Of a stretch of 64,000 nt of DNA, positions 14,278 to 27,815 are shown in pieces. The first letter of the stretch is position 1. Each line of letters starts with the position of its first letter. This stretch comes from Octopus sinensis (Eukaryota). The notes under the pieces are model-generated. The model was not told where the DNA came from. It was given only the letters and a program-made list of their open reading frames with translations, and made no database searches. A program made the translations under genes and the position numbers. The stretch lies in the NCBI RefSeq assembly GCF_006345805.1, contig NC_043001.1, forward strand, positions 49,600,001 through 49,664,000. The letters are read 5' to 3'.

Positions 14278-14710
14278 TTGGCATCCTTTTTGTCTCCGGA
14301 GACAATGGAGTTGCGCATAAATTAGTCCAGTCCGGCTTTTACATTTCATGTCCTGATACATTCCCTGCAGTGGCTGTGTAGTCCTATCCTGGACAAACAC
14401 TCCCTCTGGTAGGTACCGCAAATGTAGCAAAAACTGTTTCTGGCTGGTTGTAGTGTCATAGTTTCTTGTTGACATCTTTTCTTGTCTTTCCATTTCTCCT
14501 CTCTCTCTCTCTCTGTCACTCCTTTGTATTCCCTCTTTTACGGTACGTCGCCAATCTCCACGGTTGCTGGCAATTGCTTCCCAACTGCTAATATTGATGT
14601 TGCAGACCTTCATATCCCTTTTGCAAACATCCTTGTAACGTAAGAACAGTCTACCCACAGACCTAGTACCCCCAGCAAGCTCTCCGTAGAGTATGTCCTT
14701 GGGGATTCTG
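14278..14710 (-). mobile_element. RTE-clade LINE 3' fragment
   Basis: LRYKDVCKRDMK...WEAIASNRGDWR, a frameshifted C-terminal Cys/His finger, and an RTE-like 3' end (CCATTGTCTCCGGAGACAAAAAGGATGCC). Confidence 0.7.
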
Positions 14711-14784
14711 GCATATAGATATATATATATATATATAATATATATTATATATATTATATTATATATATATAATATATATTAAAA

Positions 14785-15108
14785 AAAGACTCCGCCGGTT
14801 ACGACGACGAGGGTCCCAGCTGATACGATCAACGGAACAGCTTGCTCGTGAAATTAACGTGCAAATGGCTGAGCATTCCACAGACACGTGTACCCTTAAC
14901 GTAGTTCTCGGGGATAATCAGCGTGACACAGAGAGTGACAAGGCTGACCCTTTGAATACAAGTACAACTCATTTTTGCCAGCTGAGTGGACTGGAGCAAC
15001 GTGAAATAAAGTGTCTTGCTCAAGGACACAACGCGTCGCCGGGAATCGAACTCACAACCTTACGATCATGAGCCGAATGCCCTAACCACTAAGCCACGCG
15101 CCCTCACA
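14785..15108 (-). mobile_element. tRNA-derived SINE with CORE-like central segment
   Basis: Minus strand GGCGCGTGGCTTAGTGGTTAGGG (A box), GAGTTCGATTCCC (B box), then TGTGTCCTTGAGCAAGACACTT. Confidence 0.75.
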
Positions 15109-15169
15109 TAATATATATATATATATTATATATATATATAATATATTATATATAATAATATATATATAT

Positions 15170-15226
<57 letters not shown>

Positions 15227-15383
15227 ATATATATAATAATATATATTATAATATATATATATATAACATATATATATATATATAATATATTATATATATT
15301 ATATTATATATATAATATATATATATAACATATATATTATATATATAATATATTATATATATATAATATATATATATAACATA

Positions 15384-15415
<32 letters not shown>

Positions 15416-15417
15416 TA

Positions 15418-15450
<33 letters not shown>

Positions 15451-15459
15451 CATATAATA

Positions 15460-15495
<36 letters not shown>
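15108..15495. repeat. Degenerate (TA)n tract
   Basis: About 390 bp almost entirely A/T. Confidence 0.95.
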
Positions 15496-15498
<3 letters not shown>

Positions 15499-15825
15499 AT
15501 GTTACATTACTCGGTAGTCAAGATAAAACTCTGAGTTTCAGATGCCGAAGTGGAAATCCACAACACCATCTCTTCGGTTATCTGGCTATTTGAAAATTCT
15601 AAAAAGTAAAAAACTCATGAGGGCTTATATAGGGTGCTTAAATCAGAATTCTGCCCCAAAATAGTTCTAGAAATGCGGAATAAAAATACTGCATTTGTAT
15701 AAAAGCCCTAATGTTCACTACCTAGAAAACCTTTGATCATAAGTACGCTCGATTAGAGCTGGAGATGAAACAACAACGAAACTTATTTGGTTTAATTTGC
15801 ATTTCTCATACATATTTCTTTACAG

Positions 15826-15921
15826 ATACACCTGGAAAAGCTCTTCCTGTATTGATTGTCGACGACAAGACGGTCCTTACTCAGAGCATAGCAATCGCCC
15901 GCTATTTAAGCAAGAAATATA
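15826..15921 (+). CDS. Sigma-class GST gene 1, exon 2
   Basis: TTTACAG acceptor; encodes (D)TPGKALPVLIVDDKTVLTQSIAIARYLSKKY with cis-Pro LPVL and QS-x-AI-x-RYL G-site motifs; GTAAGT donor; phase 1 to 1. Confidence 0.95.
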
Positions 15922-17082
15922 GTAAGTATGAAGCATGTTATCAATATCTATAAAGCTGAAATGCGAAAAAGTTATTTGATCTCTTGGCTATTTGTCTCAT
16001 TTTGGGATGGGAACGGTTTAAGGGGTAGTAGATGGGGTCGGATTGGCGCCAAAATTTACTCTGGCGAGAGTAAAATGGGGTGGAAAATGGTGTGAGGAGG
16101 GTTGCAAGTCGCCACCACCAAAACCGGAGCGAAGCACGGGTCAAAATAGCTAGTCTGAGTATATTTTATGTGTGGGAACAAAGCAAATGGATCATTTGGA
16201 AAAATTAATTCATATTTGGTAAGAAACAATATGACTGACGCAAAATATCTGAGAGGAATGTTGTGTATTTTGATTACAAATATAAAATCTCACCTAATTG
16301 ATGCCCTGCTACGTTTGTTTTGGCATTTGTTTAATACTGTGTGTTATTATTTTAACTTGGGAAGGTCATATGATGGGTTTTGGGCAGATGGAGACATTCT
16401 ACGAAAGATGGTGTTTCTTATGTGCATAGGGGTTTGTTTTTACCTTAGAATGGAGCCTGAATAAGTAACAAGTGATTAAAATGTGCATTAAAATTACTTT
16501 AGAATATTAATATGCCGTGCGGAGTTGTTAGCACGCCGGGAAAGATACATAGCGGTATTTTGTCCGTCTTTACGTTCTGAGTTGAAATTTCGCCAAGGTC
16601 GACTTTACCTTTTATCTTTTCGGAATGGATAAAATAAGTATCAGTCAAGCACTGGGATCGATGTAATCGACTTACCTCTCCCACCAATTTGCTGGTCTCG
16701 TGCTAAAATTTGAAATCACTATTAATATATGTACTTTCTCCGTTTATAGTGAAGTACACGTTTTTTTTAAAAACTAAGTGGCTCATGGATTAAAAAGGAT
16801 ACTGTTAAACGCTGTTCTAATATACGTGACTGGGCAGATACTTATGGAGATACATGGACAGACATGTAAATAGATAGTGAGACAGACACAGAGGTAGAAG
16901 GATAAGCATGAAACTCAACAGAAATTTAAGGAGGCAAACATCTAAGTAGACAGACAGACAGACAGACAGATAAAACAGACAAACATGTAACTCAGATGAA
17001 TAGCAAATAGCAAAGTTACTGACGAAAGCAATGTTGTGAATAGTAGATATGAAAACGGCTATTTTAACAAGGGTGGGACAAA

Positions 17083-17945
17083 ATGTTAGTGTCTCCTCCC
17101 CCAGTAAAATTGCAGTATGAACGTGAAAAAGTTATGTATTATAGAACTTACTCTGAAAAAGAGAGAAAAATCTGTATAATGGAGGTTGGCCTGATTGAAA
17201 AGGCACTGCAACCAATATCGAAGGAGGTGACATACCTCAACAAGGCACGTACATTTGGAACCGTCGAGGTGCACTTCCGAGGGGCAGCCACCGCCAAGCT
17301 ACACTCTGAAATGAAAACGAAAGAATTGGTACTTCTACCCATTTACCTTGGAAAACGTGTTTCCAGGGTAAGAATAGATGATATTCCCCCGGAAATTGAT
17401 GTAGTCTGGGTGGTGGATGCAATCCTGCTAGGAGTAAAGGATAAAATCACTGTTCTACAAGCAACGTATACCCCGTGCAAAAAATTTGAAAGAGCAGAGC
17501 CTGGAGATATCGATTCAGGCCTCCCGAGAAGCCCTAGAATTACTTATTGAAACTGTTTCCATAGAGGACGTTATATTAAGGGGAAAAGTGGAAGGCAGGG
17601 TCCTACGTTGCTACAAATGTGGTCAAAAGGGCCACATTAGGGAAAACTGCCCACCACCACCTGCAGAGAATCGCAAAAGCTAACTCGGAAGCTGCACCTC
17701 CGCTGCCAGTAGAAGTCAACAATAAGTTTGAAGTAGAAACAATAAGTGAAGAATGGGAAACGGTTGGAAAAAGGAAAAAGCGTAGAAGGATCCAAAAAGT
17801 AAGCGAAGAGATTGTCCCCACCAAACTCCCACCAAATCCTCTTTGCCCCAACCTCTCCCTGCACTCACCGATTCTCTCCCTTTCCCACCTGACAATAAAG
17901 AAACGCATGTACACACCTAAGAACTTCAAACTGCCCCGACCCTGA
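17083..17945 (+). mobile_element. Degenerate LINE ORF1 (gag-like) with zinc knuckle
   Basis: ELVLLPIYLGKRVSRVRIDDIP and GRVLRCYKCGQKGHIRENC align with the Tx1 ORF1 at 50001-50700; frameshifted; no ORF2 follows. Confidence 0.7.
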
Positions 17946-18029
17946 AAATAAATGATACCTGTTTTATTTTGTTCAATAAGGATAAGTGGAGTGATTGTGA
18001 AGTGGGTCACAAATTATGTCGTCCTGACA

Positions 18030-18445
18030 TAGTTTGAAAAATGCAGTTAGGGTGGTTTCACGTGCCTCTTCCACCAATTGAGCGGCAGTTTCATCGGTAA
18101 AGTAAATCCTTTGTCCATTTTCAAGGTGGACTGCAAGCTGCTGAATAGGAGGGTGTCTTTGATGTATAGGGAAGCCGAAAATTCGCCAAAAAGCCTCGTT
18201 GCTGCTAATGTAACGACCGACTTGGTATTGTATTATCTCATCCCGACTTTTCTCCTTTTGGAGACTGAACATTGCCGCATCATAACCTTAATTAACATAC
18301 TTGCCTATATATTTGATGGATTTAACAGAATTGCAGAATTCCACATTGATATGCGCATTGAAAATTTTAGACAAGAATGAGCAGTAAGGCACTATCCATC
18401 TATTGTCCACTTCATCGTTGTTTGTCCGACCTAAGAATTCTTTAA
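18030..18445 (-). mobile_element. Helitron Rep/helicase fragment
   Basis: DNRWIVPY...NAHINVEFCNSVKSIKY and DEIIQYQVGRYISSNEAFWRIFGFPIHQRHPPIQQLAVHLENGQRIYF are typical Helitron RepHel motifs. Confidence 0.85.
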
Positions 18446-18988
18446 TGCTCTGTAGGAAGTGCATATTAAGTACCAAAAATCCATGAAATAACGCGGAGAA
18501 AGTTATAAGTAAGATGTGTCCGACGTGTTACAGTCATAGAGCTGAACCAAAAAATCCTGCACGCGAAATTGGTAATGTTATACTGGTCTATCTATTATCG
18601 AACCTCTTCTCTGAATTCGATAATAGCAAGGCGATAATAAAGGGCATTTTTTGAGTCGGTTCTTCTCATCCTGTGTTCAAACGAAATGGAATTTGAAAAA
18701 AGAAACTAATGGCGCTATTAAACTCCTGAGGTAAAAATGCATATGTTGATTTTGATCAAAATCGGACAACTTTTGAAAAAAAATCGATATTGATTTATTG
18801 ATTTTTCGGGGAGATCCAATATCAGTATGAAAAGATCAATAGCGTCACGACCCGTCTCGTCCAAAAATGCACCGATATGTAAAGTTTCAAAAAAAAAAAA
18901 AAACGTCAGCTAGTTTCGGTGAAGAATCCGGAACGAAAGACACACAGACAACCTCTATTTTATATATATAGGTATTATTATCATTATT

Positions 18989-19021
<33 letters not shown>

Positions 19022-19587
19022 ATCATTACTATTATTCTTATTTATTACTCATCTCCATCCGATTATTTCCCCACATTCCTTGTGTCCTCCCCTCTATGTT
19101 TGGCCCCTTGTGGGTAATAAAGAAAAGAGTTTACAAATACTGTTGCTGTTGTTACCATTGCTGTCGCCGTCGTTGTAATTCTAGTAATTTTGTTGTTGTT
19201 ATTTTTTATTTTGTTGTTACTGCTGTTGAAAATCCCGCATTCATTAATGAGTCTCCGACATCACTACAGCTTCTGACGCTGATAGATGCGTTGGTGGTTG
19301 TGGTGGTAAGAAAATAAAAAATGGATGGAGGCCCTCGCTCGCATATGTGGTTGTGGCAAGAGACATGTTTCCTATGTCAAACAGTCTATTTGTATTCGTA
19401 TTTTTTGGGAACGCCATGCTAAATATTTTGAAATAAGAAACGTGTCCCATAGGGTCTACACTTACTGCCCCCTCGTTTCACTGTTGGATCCCCGATTCAA
19501 AGAAATGCACAAAGTTTGATTTAACAAAAAAAAAAAATCTTAACAAAAACAACGGGTGTTTTAGATAAAGAGAAGCACAGCCAACAC

Positions 19588-19655
<68 letters not shown>

Positions 19656-20276
19656 TAATAATCCTTGCTCCTATAGACACAAAACCTGAATTTTTTTTTG
19701 GGGGGGGGGCTTGTCAATTACATTGACTTCAGTACTTCAGTTGACCTCTGTGGAATTTGTGCTCAGAGCATAAGGAGGTGAAAGAAATGTCGCTCTCGAC
19801 GCATTAACAATTCTACCAGCTCAATACCTTAATTTTTGTTTTAATTCTGACACAAGACCAGCGATTTGGCGGGAGAAGATAAATCGATTACATCGACCCC
19901 AGTAATTAACTGGTACTTATTTTATCGCCCACGAACGGCATTTGAACTGAGAACGTAAAGATGGAATAAATGCCGCTAATCATTTTGCCCTGCTTGCTAA
20001 CGATTCTGCCAGCTCGCCACCTTGATAATGATGGTCATGGTGGGGTAGATTTTGTCCAGAATGACCTCCTTGGCGTGTTAGCATTCATCGTTCATTCATA
20101 TTCTACCTTTGCTATCACCCTATAGATGGGCTGAGTCCCTTGACATTAAAAAAAACTCAACATCAAATTTAAAGTAGTAAGTGGCTTTTGCATTACAAAG
20201 TACATCATCTACTGCTTCTCTGAATTCGCCAGCTCCGTACATCCTAACTTCTAGCTAAATCTTCTCGACATGCTAC

Positions 20277-20331
<55 letters not shown>

Positions 20332-22058
20332 ATATATCCATTTTACAATTTTTTTTCTGGTTGAACAGCCAATGAATCGCTCATTATTTTCTAAAAACTT
20401 GTGATCAAAGGCATTATTTCTCCTCTGATGCATGGAAGAAATTAATATTTTATTTTGTTTCCATACGTTTTCACTAATATGTTTAGCCTACTATTGGCGT
20501 ACAAACACCGCCTCTAAAGCAATGCTTCACGTACGATTAATCTTAGCACTCCACTTTCGAGCATATAAAAATTTAGGTCAGATTATAAATATGTTTGTGT
20601 ACTTCATAGGCGGTGTCAGGATTTCGACTGAGGATGGGGGGAGGGCTCTCATTTATGAAAATGACTCCACTTTTTGCTGTCAAATTTGTGGAGTACACAG
20701 AATTAAAATAAATGTTAGATAATAAGTTTATTTGCAATGTGCGGCGATGAGGTGCTTCCCTATCCAAACACCCAAGTTACTTATGTGCTGATAGTACATA
20801 AAGTTTAGAAAATAAATTTTAAAAAGCGTGCATATATCTTAGCCAACAAATGCTAGTAGTTTAAACTAGGAAAATTTGAAGTACTTTTTGAGCCTTAAGC
20901 ATCGAAAAGAATCCTCATGATATCTGTTCTGGTGTTCTGTGCTCTGAGTTCAAATCATGGCTGGGGTCAACTTTTTATCATTCTTTTTTTAAAACTGGCG
21001 AGTAAAAAACGTCATACCAGACACCTTGCAGTATTTGCTTCTGTTCTTTGCGTTCTGGTTTCATATCCCACCAAGGCCTCCTTAGGTGGTAGACTTAATC
21101 TGTCACCCGGATTAATATAATCATTTGGAAAAGGCGGTGCGCTGGCAGGATCGTTAGCACTCTGAGCAGAATGCTTAGTGGCATTTCGTCCGTCTTTACG
21201 TTCTAAGTTCAAATTTCGCCGAAGTACCAGTTGATCACAGACGTCTCTGTAATTGACTTACCCTTCCCAGACAATTCTGGCCGCGAGCCAAAATGTGAGA
21301 TCAATATTACTACTTGGAACATAAGGTGTCTTTTAGCGGAGTTCTGTCTGGCCCAACTGATTGCATTTGGGCCAGGTCTCCAGTTTGAGGATATTTTCTT
21401 CCTTTCTACTCACTAGTCTCGGATGTAGTATCCGTGACCTTGTAAAAAGTCGCAGGTACTTCTTTCTCTGCTGATCAATAAATCGATAGTTATCAAAATT
21501 TATATTTAAAATTTCAGTTTATATTTTTCTCATTTCAAAAAAATTATATACACAATTATATTTATGCAGCTTCGTTAGTTATATCTTGCAACACAGTAAT
21601 GTTCCATCCATGGCGATCATTTGGGACCTAATAAAAAAGTAATTTCGGCTCTGTGATAGTCATAGCTTTTTAAGCAAACATTATTAGCAGCTTACCTGAA
21701 AGGAATTAACAACAATTGGTAGTTGAAACAAACATACAGCGGAACATATTTGTCCCTAGTTTAGGATAGATGAAGTGGTTTTGTTGTGAAACAAAGTGTT
21801 AGAGACACATAACTGTAAGTAATTTTCTCACACATAGTAGTGAGATCAGATTTTGCATACATCAGTCCACACAGATTTCCAATTTTCAGTTGGTTGATGT
21901 AATAAATACTAGTAGAATCACCATAAGCGTAAAGCGTCAAGGAATTCAATCCACGACCTCAGAATAATGAGCTAAATGCTCTTACAACTAAGCCACGCGT
22001 TTTCACGAAGCCTCCGAATTTATTCTTTGCTAATGTCTTGATTTTTAATATTTTTCAG

Positions 22059-22171
22059 ATCTCTACGGTAAAGATGATTGCGAATGCTATAAGATTGATG
22101 AGATTATAGATTGTTTCTTGGATATCTTTAATGCCCTTGTTAAAATTAAATTCGCTCCGGAGAATATGAAG
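22059..22171 (+). CDS. Sigma-class GST gene 1, exon 3 (GC donor)
   Basis: TTTTTCAG acceptor; encodes (N)LYGKDDCECYKIDEIIDCFLDIFNALVKIKFAPENMK; ends AAG|GCAAGT, phase 0. VKIKFAPE matches the squid sigma GST sequence as I recall it. Confidence 0.9.
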
Positions 22172-22264
22172 GCAAGTACTTAACTTCATTGATTCTTTCA
22201 TATATTACGAAATCCAGGAATTGAATTGTGTGTGTGTTTTAATATTTCGCTTAGGCATTATGAG

Positions 22265-22645
22265 ACTAATAGCTTGATGTAGAACAGAACGAAGTGTTAG
22301 ACGAGTTGAGACCCCCTTCGGTCATGACTGACCGTGGGATTCCGCCTAGAATGTTACCTTCCCAGGCACAAGTCCGGACAAGGTTGTTTATGGAAGACCA
22401 GCAGTCGCCCATGCATACCGGCCTCCCCTCTCCACGCCACCAGTTTAATTCAAGGGAAAGGCAACAGCAGATACAACTTGGCACCCGTGACGTCGCAACT
22501 CATTTCTACAGCTGAGTGAACTAGAGCAACGTGAAATAAAGTGTCTTGCTCAAGAACACAACACGCAGCCCGGTCCGGAATTCGAACTCACAACCTCACG
22601 ATCGTAATCTCGACGCTCTAACCACTGAGCCATGCGCCTTCACGT
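22265..22645 (-). mobile_element. tRNA-derived SINE related to 14785-15108
   Basis: Shares GAGCAACGTGAAATAAAGTGTCTTGCTCAAG...CGAACTCACAACC...CTAACCACTGAGCCATGCGCC. Confidence 0.7.
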
Positions 22646-23896
22646 TAGACGAGTATAGAGAGGTAATAAAAAAATGAAACGACAATGGAAAAAAATGCTT
22701 CTGCTATAAGATGTTATGGACTCATAGTTGAGTAGCTAAATATAACCTTATAGCTTCATTGGAGCCACGAACGTGAAGTGCAATTTACTTGAGAATAGAA
22801 TATATTTGTGCATAAATAGGGAAAGGCATTACCAGTGAGAAAGTCAATAAAGATGTATCTCATATTTTTGCATATGGGTATATATTTGTATGTGTTTATA
22901 TGAATTTGACGGATTTTGTGTATTTAGATAGTCAAAATAGTTCTTATATAAGAGCATGTGTATTATATTTCATTTTAACATATGATATATTTATGTATAA
23001 AATGTTTGTGTGGGTATGTAAAGGTGACTTTGACCCAGACAAGTTTTTATAAAGCGCAATTTATAATTATATCTATAACATTCAGTTTGATATATAATAC
23101 ATGAAAACTAGTCGTGCTTCTTAGTACTGAGGGCAGAGCATGCAGTTTTAATTTAAAACGCAAACATGACTACGTAGGTAACAAGCTCGCTTTGGAATTA
23201 CGTGGCTTCAACTTCTGTCCTACTGAGCGGCACCTTGGGCAAGTGACTTTTACAATAGACTCATACCGACCAACGGCTTATAAATGAATTTGATTGACGA
23301 AAACTGTGTGGAAGCTCGCCGTATATTTATCAGACCGTCTGTCTGTCCATGTGTGTGGATTCGTGCGCGCGAGTATGTGCGAATAATTGCTATCATCTGT
23401 AGTCGTAGCGTGCACAGATCAGGTATTTCGTTTAAGGAAAAGCCAAAGGAATTTATTGGTCCAGGCAACGCGCCTGTCTTTATGTTCTGAGTTCAAATTC
23501 GCGCGCGTATTTTCGTCTCCATTATCTCATCAGCGTGCATAGCTGATTTCTTTAAGAACTGAATAAAGAATTGACCTCAGTTGTGGACTGGTACTTTATT
23601 CAATGACCATGGAAGGCTGAAAGGTAAAATAAACATCGGTCAGATTTGAACGTACGAAAAACTGGAATGAATGCTGCAAGGCATTCTATCCGACGTTATG
23701 AGTACTTAGTCAACACAACGTCTTAGAAATGTATAACTGTATATAGGTAGATAGATAAATATATAGGTAGATAGATAGATAGATAGATAGATTGATGTAG
23801 GAGTGTGTATGTATGTATGTATTTATGTATGTATGTATGTATATATGTATGTGTATGTGTATAGATAACTATGTATCTGTAACGATCTTTTTAACC

Positions 23897-23938
<42 letters not shown>

Positions 23939-23957
23939 ATATATACATACATATATA

Positions 23958-23997
<40 letters not shown>

Positions 23998-24006
23998 TTA
24001 TTACAG

Positions 24007-24105
24007 GAGGATCTTAAAGTCAAATACAAAGAAACTTATGTAAGGATATTTGATTATCTGGAGGGAAACCTGAAAACTGGCCAAACTCACTTCGTTGGCC
24101 AAAGG
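24007..24105 (+). CDS. Sigma-class GST gene 1, exon 4
   Basis: TTACAG acceptor; encodes EDLKVKYKETYVRIFDYLEGNLKTGQTHFVGQR; AGG|GTGAGT donor; phase 0 to 0; FVG precedes the LTLAD N-capping box in exon 5. Confidence 0.92.
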
Positions 24106-24444
24106 GTGAGTTTTTTTATCATTGTTATATAATATATCAAATGCATGTACGTCTTGAGGCAATGTGACCTAATTTTTCTTCTCTCTCCTCTCCCTCTCCC
24201 TTCTCCTTACAATCTACATACATATATGTGTGCACACGAAACTTCCTGCTGTATTTAGAGTTAAGTCACGTTGGTTTATACGTATCACGACGCATGCTAC
24301 ACAGAACATCTGTGGCGTTGCTAAAAATATATGACGTACAACTTAAAACACAATAGCGTGTACTGGTCACGTGTCTTAAAACAGTAAAAAAAATCTGTTT
24401 GGTGATTTAATTGGCCAATACGAAACATCTGTGGCATGTATTCA

Positions 24445-24468
24445 TATATATACATATACATATATATA

Positions 24469-24521
<53 letters not shown>

Positions 24522-24721
24522 GTATATATATATATGTATATATATATATGTATATATATATATGTATATATATATATGTATATATATATATGTATATATA
24601 ATATGTATATATATGTATGTATATATATGTATATATATGTATGTATATATATATATGTATATATATGTATGTATATATGTATGTATATATGTATGTATAT
24701 ATGTATGTATATATGTATATG

Positions 24722-24782
<61 letters not shown>

Positions 24783-24785
24783 CAT
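24445..24785. repeat. (TA)n/(TATG)n compound microsatellite in GST intron 4
   Basis: Seen directly in the sequence. Confidence 0.95.
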
Positions 24786-24885
24786 AGTTAATCCAAACAA
24801 GAAAGCATAAAAAAAACACAACAACGCGAGGACGTGGAACAAATATAGTATTATTGGACGCTCAGGAAAGAAGGAAAGAAGGAGG

Positions 24886-24920
24886 GTTTAACGTTTCGAG
24901 CGGAGCTCTTCGTCAGAAAG
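24886..24920 (-). ncRNA. Minimal hammerhead-ribozyme-like motif in a Penelope-type terminal repeat
   Basis: Minus strand TTT-CTGACGA-A-GAGC-TCC-GCTC-GAAAC-GT-T-AAA; lies in a ~190-bp repeat shared with 58160-58350. Confidence 0.55.
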
Positions 24921-25032
24921 ATAGGAGAAGGAAAGATCCAGAGAAGGGAAGACAGAGGAAAAAAAATCGCCAACGGTACACACGAAGTCACATATATATA
25001 TATATATATATGCATACAGCTATACATACACA

Positions 25033-25087
<55 letters not shown>

Positions 25088-25479
25088 TGTGTGTGTGTGT
25101 GTGTAGGTGTAGCTGTGTGGTTAAAAGTTTGCTCCCCAACCATATAGTTCCGGTTTCAATCCCACTGTGTGACGTTTTTGGCAAGTGTCTTCTACTATAG
25201 ATTCGGGCCGACCAAAGACAAGTATATATATATATATATATAAATATATATATATATGCAATGTCGTTTTGTATACGTGGCATTGCACAGTTTGACTTGT
25301 TCATATTAATTTCCATTATATCCTTTATATGCTATCAAAATTTCATGCATTTTTATTTGTAGGGTTAAAGAAGTTATTAAAAATTGAAACCCATCAGTGA
25401 CTTTTGGGACACATGTACATACGTACATATATTCATACATACATACATACATACATACATACATACATACATACATACA

Positions 25480-25514
<35 letters not shown>

Positions 25515-25544
<30 letters not shown>

Positions 25545-27190
25545 ATTTGGCTCAAAAGCAAATAGCAAGGCCATGTAGGGGGACATGGAGTTAAGTACAG
25601 GGTGGTGTTCATGTAAAAAGTTCAGGCCACTTGAGGTCAAGGGAGGCTTTGAACAAAGCGGTCGTCGGCATCTTCACCATCTCGTCTGGCAGCTTGTTCC
25701 ACGGATCCGCAACCCGGACGGAGAAAGCTCCTCTCCTTCGATTGAGATGAAATCGTCGCAGGTAGAGCTTTTCGGAATGACCCCGCAGCCGATGCTCTGG
25801 AGCAGGAGTGAAGAACAGCTCTTTCGAGAGGTTACACTTTCCGCTTATGATGTTGTGGGCGAGAATGAGATCACCACGGCGGCGGCGTTTTTCAAGAGAA
25901 TAAAGGTCGAGCGTCCTCAGCCTTTCTTCGTAGGACAAATTTTTGAGACCATGAACCATGCGGGTAGCCAGCTTCTGGACTCTTTCGAGATGCTGTATGT
26001 CTTTGAGGAGATAAGGAGAAGAGGCTTGAATCCCATACTCCAATATGGGTCTCACCAGCGTGACATAGAGTGGTAGGAATATGGCTGCTGTGAGCATTCC
26101 GAATGACCGTCGAATCAAGAACAGAATTCCGCGCGCTTTGTTGGCATCATGGACGCACTGGGCCGAAGGCGAAAAGGAGGAATCCACCAAGATACCTAGG
26201 TCCTTTACCTGATCGGTCCTCTCCAGCAGCAGACGACCCGGCCCGAAATCAAGTTGAGTTGCAGGAGTAGAGCCGACAGGCAGATGACAGCACTTTGACA
26301 CGTTCAGACACAGGTCCCAATTGTTAGACCACTTCCAAATTTGGTGGAGGCATCGACGAAGATCCTCTATATTACCGCGAGGAGCGACCAGTTTGATATC
26401 GTCGGCAAATAGAAGGGTGTGTTGCGTGAGGTCGTCGGGCAAGTCATTTATGAAGACTAAGAACAACAAGGGCCCAAGCACTGAACCTTGAGGTACGCCA
26501 CTGCTCGCACTGGAGACGTCGGACCGCGAACCATTAACTTGGACTTGGAAGGAGCGATCTGAGAGGAAGGCACCAACCCATCGTACAATATCCGGATGGA
26601 AACTATATGCTTGAAGCTTGACAAGCAATAGGCGGTGGTTTACCGAGTCAAAAGCTTTGGCAAAGTCCAGTAAAACGATGTCAACAGCATCACTATCATC
26701 GAGGATGCGCGTCACCAATTCTTCCATTACTAGTAGGTTGGTCAAGCATGATCTCTTCGGCACGAAGCCGTGTTGGGAATCAGAGATAGAGGCTGTGTTT
26801 AGGAGGTGGAGCATCATACTTTTCTTAAGGATGGTTTCGAACATCTTGCTGATAATTGCTTTAAGGGAAACCGGTCGGTAGTTAAGCGGGTCTTCGCGGC
26901 TCCCTTTCTTGAAAATTGGGCAGATTATCGCTGTTCTCCAGTCTGCAGGTATAACACCTGTCGCCAATGACATATTGAATAGTCGTGTTAAGAGCTCGCA
27001 GATGACCGGAGCCAACGCTTTGATAACCCGTGGGTGTATGCCGTCAGGGCCGTGACCTTTGTTGACATCGAGGCCTTGAATAACACGTTTGACTTCGTCC
27101 CGCGTGATGACCAATCGAAGCATTGGAGGTACCGATCTATCAAATGGAGGGGGTTCACGACCGTCATCTTGTTTGAAAATAGTTGAAATA
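25515..27190 (-). mobile_element. 5'-truncated CR1/L2-group LINE with uninterrupted RT ORF, antisense in GST intron 4
   Basis: ORF 25609..27231: GPDGIHP, DFAKAFDSV, GVPQGSVLGPLLF, FADD, DLGILVD, ERVQKLATR, RRRGDLI; short 3' UTR and (CTAA)n tail at ~25515-25546. Confidence 0.93.
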
Positions 27191-27212
27191 TGTATATATA
27201 TATATTCATATT

Positions 27213-27500
27213 TGGAGGCGCAATGGCCCAATGGTTAGGGCAGCGGACTTGCGGTCGTAGGATCGCGGTTTCGATTCCCTGACCGGGCGTTGTTGTGAGT
27301 GTTTATTGAGCGAAAACACCTAAAGCTCCACGAGGCTCCAGCAGCGGGTGGTGGCGATCCCTGCTGTATTCTTTCGCCACAACTTTCTCTCACTCTTTCT
27401 TCTGTTGGCCTGTTCACTTAGCCAGCAGGGGGGGCGTCATTTGAAGGCTAAAGCATTGTGACCAGCGATGTGTAGCAACATCTGATAGCCTAGTTGGGAA
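27213..27500 (+). mobile_element. tRNA-derived SINE containing the duplication breakpoint
   Basis: TGGCCCAATGGTTAGGG A box and GGTTTCGATTCCC B box; copy 2 (31176-31440) lacks the first ~20 nt. Confidence 0.75.
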
Positions 27501-27606
27501 AAAAAGAAAAAGAATATATATATATATATATATATATATTAATTAGGAAATAAAAATTCCGGCGTCACAGAGATTCAAATAAATTGAATTATTCTCGATT
27601 GGGAAA

Positions 27607-27815
27607 TATATGTCATTTAGAGATAGAAGTCCCCATGCAATTCATCAAATCCTAATATAACATCACACCATATCATAGAATATTATTTTAATACTCACTA
27701 TTTCCGTTCCAAATTTCTCTTCTCTTTTAATAGTAAGTATTAAAATAATATTCTATGATATGGTTTGATGTATATTAGGATTTGATGAATCCCATGGGGA
27801 CTTGTATCTCTAAAT

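Noticed and set aside
14990-15108. Possible tRNA genes at SINE heads (also 27213 and 22560-22645)
   Set aside because: A/B boxes present but no complete cloverleaf seen, and each continues into a SINE body.
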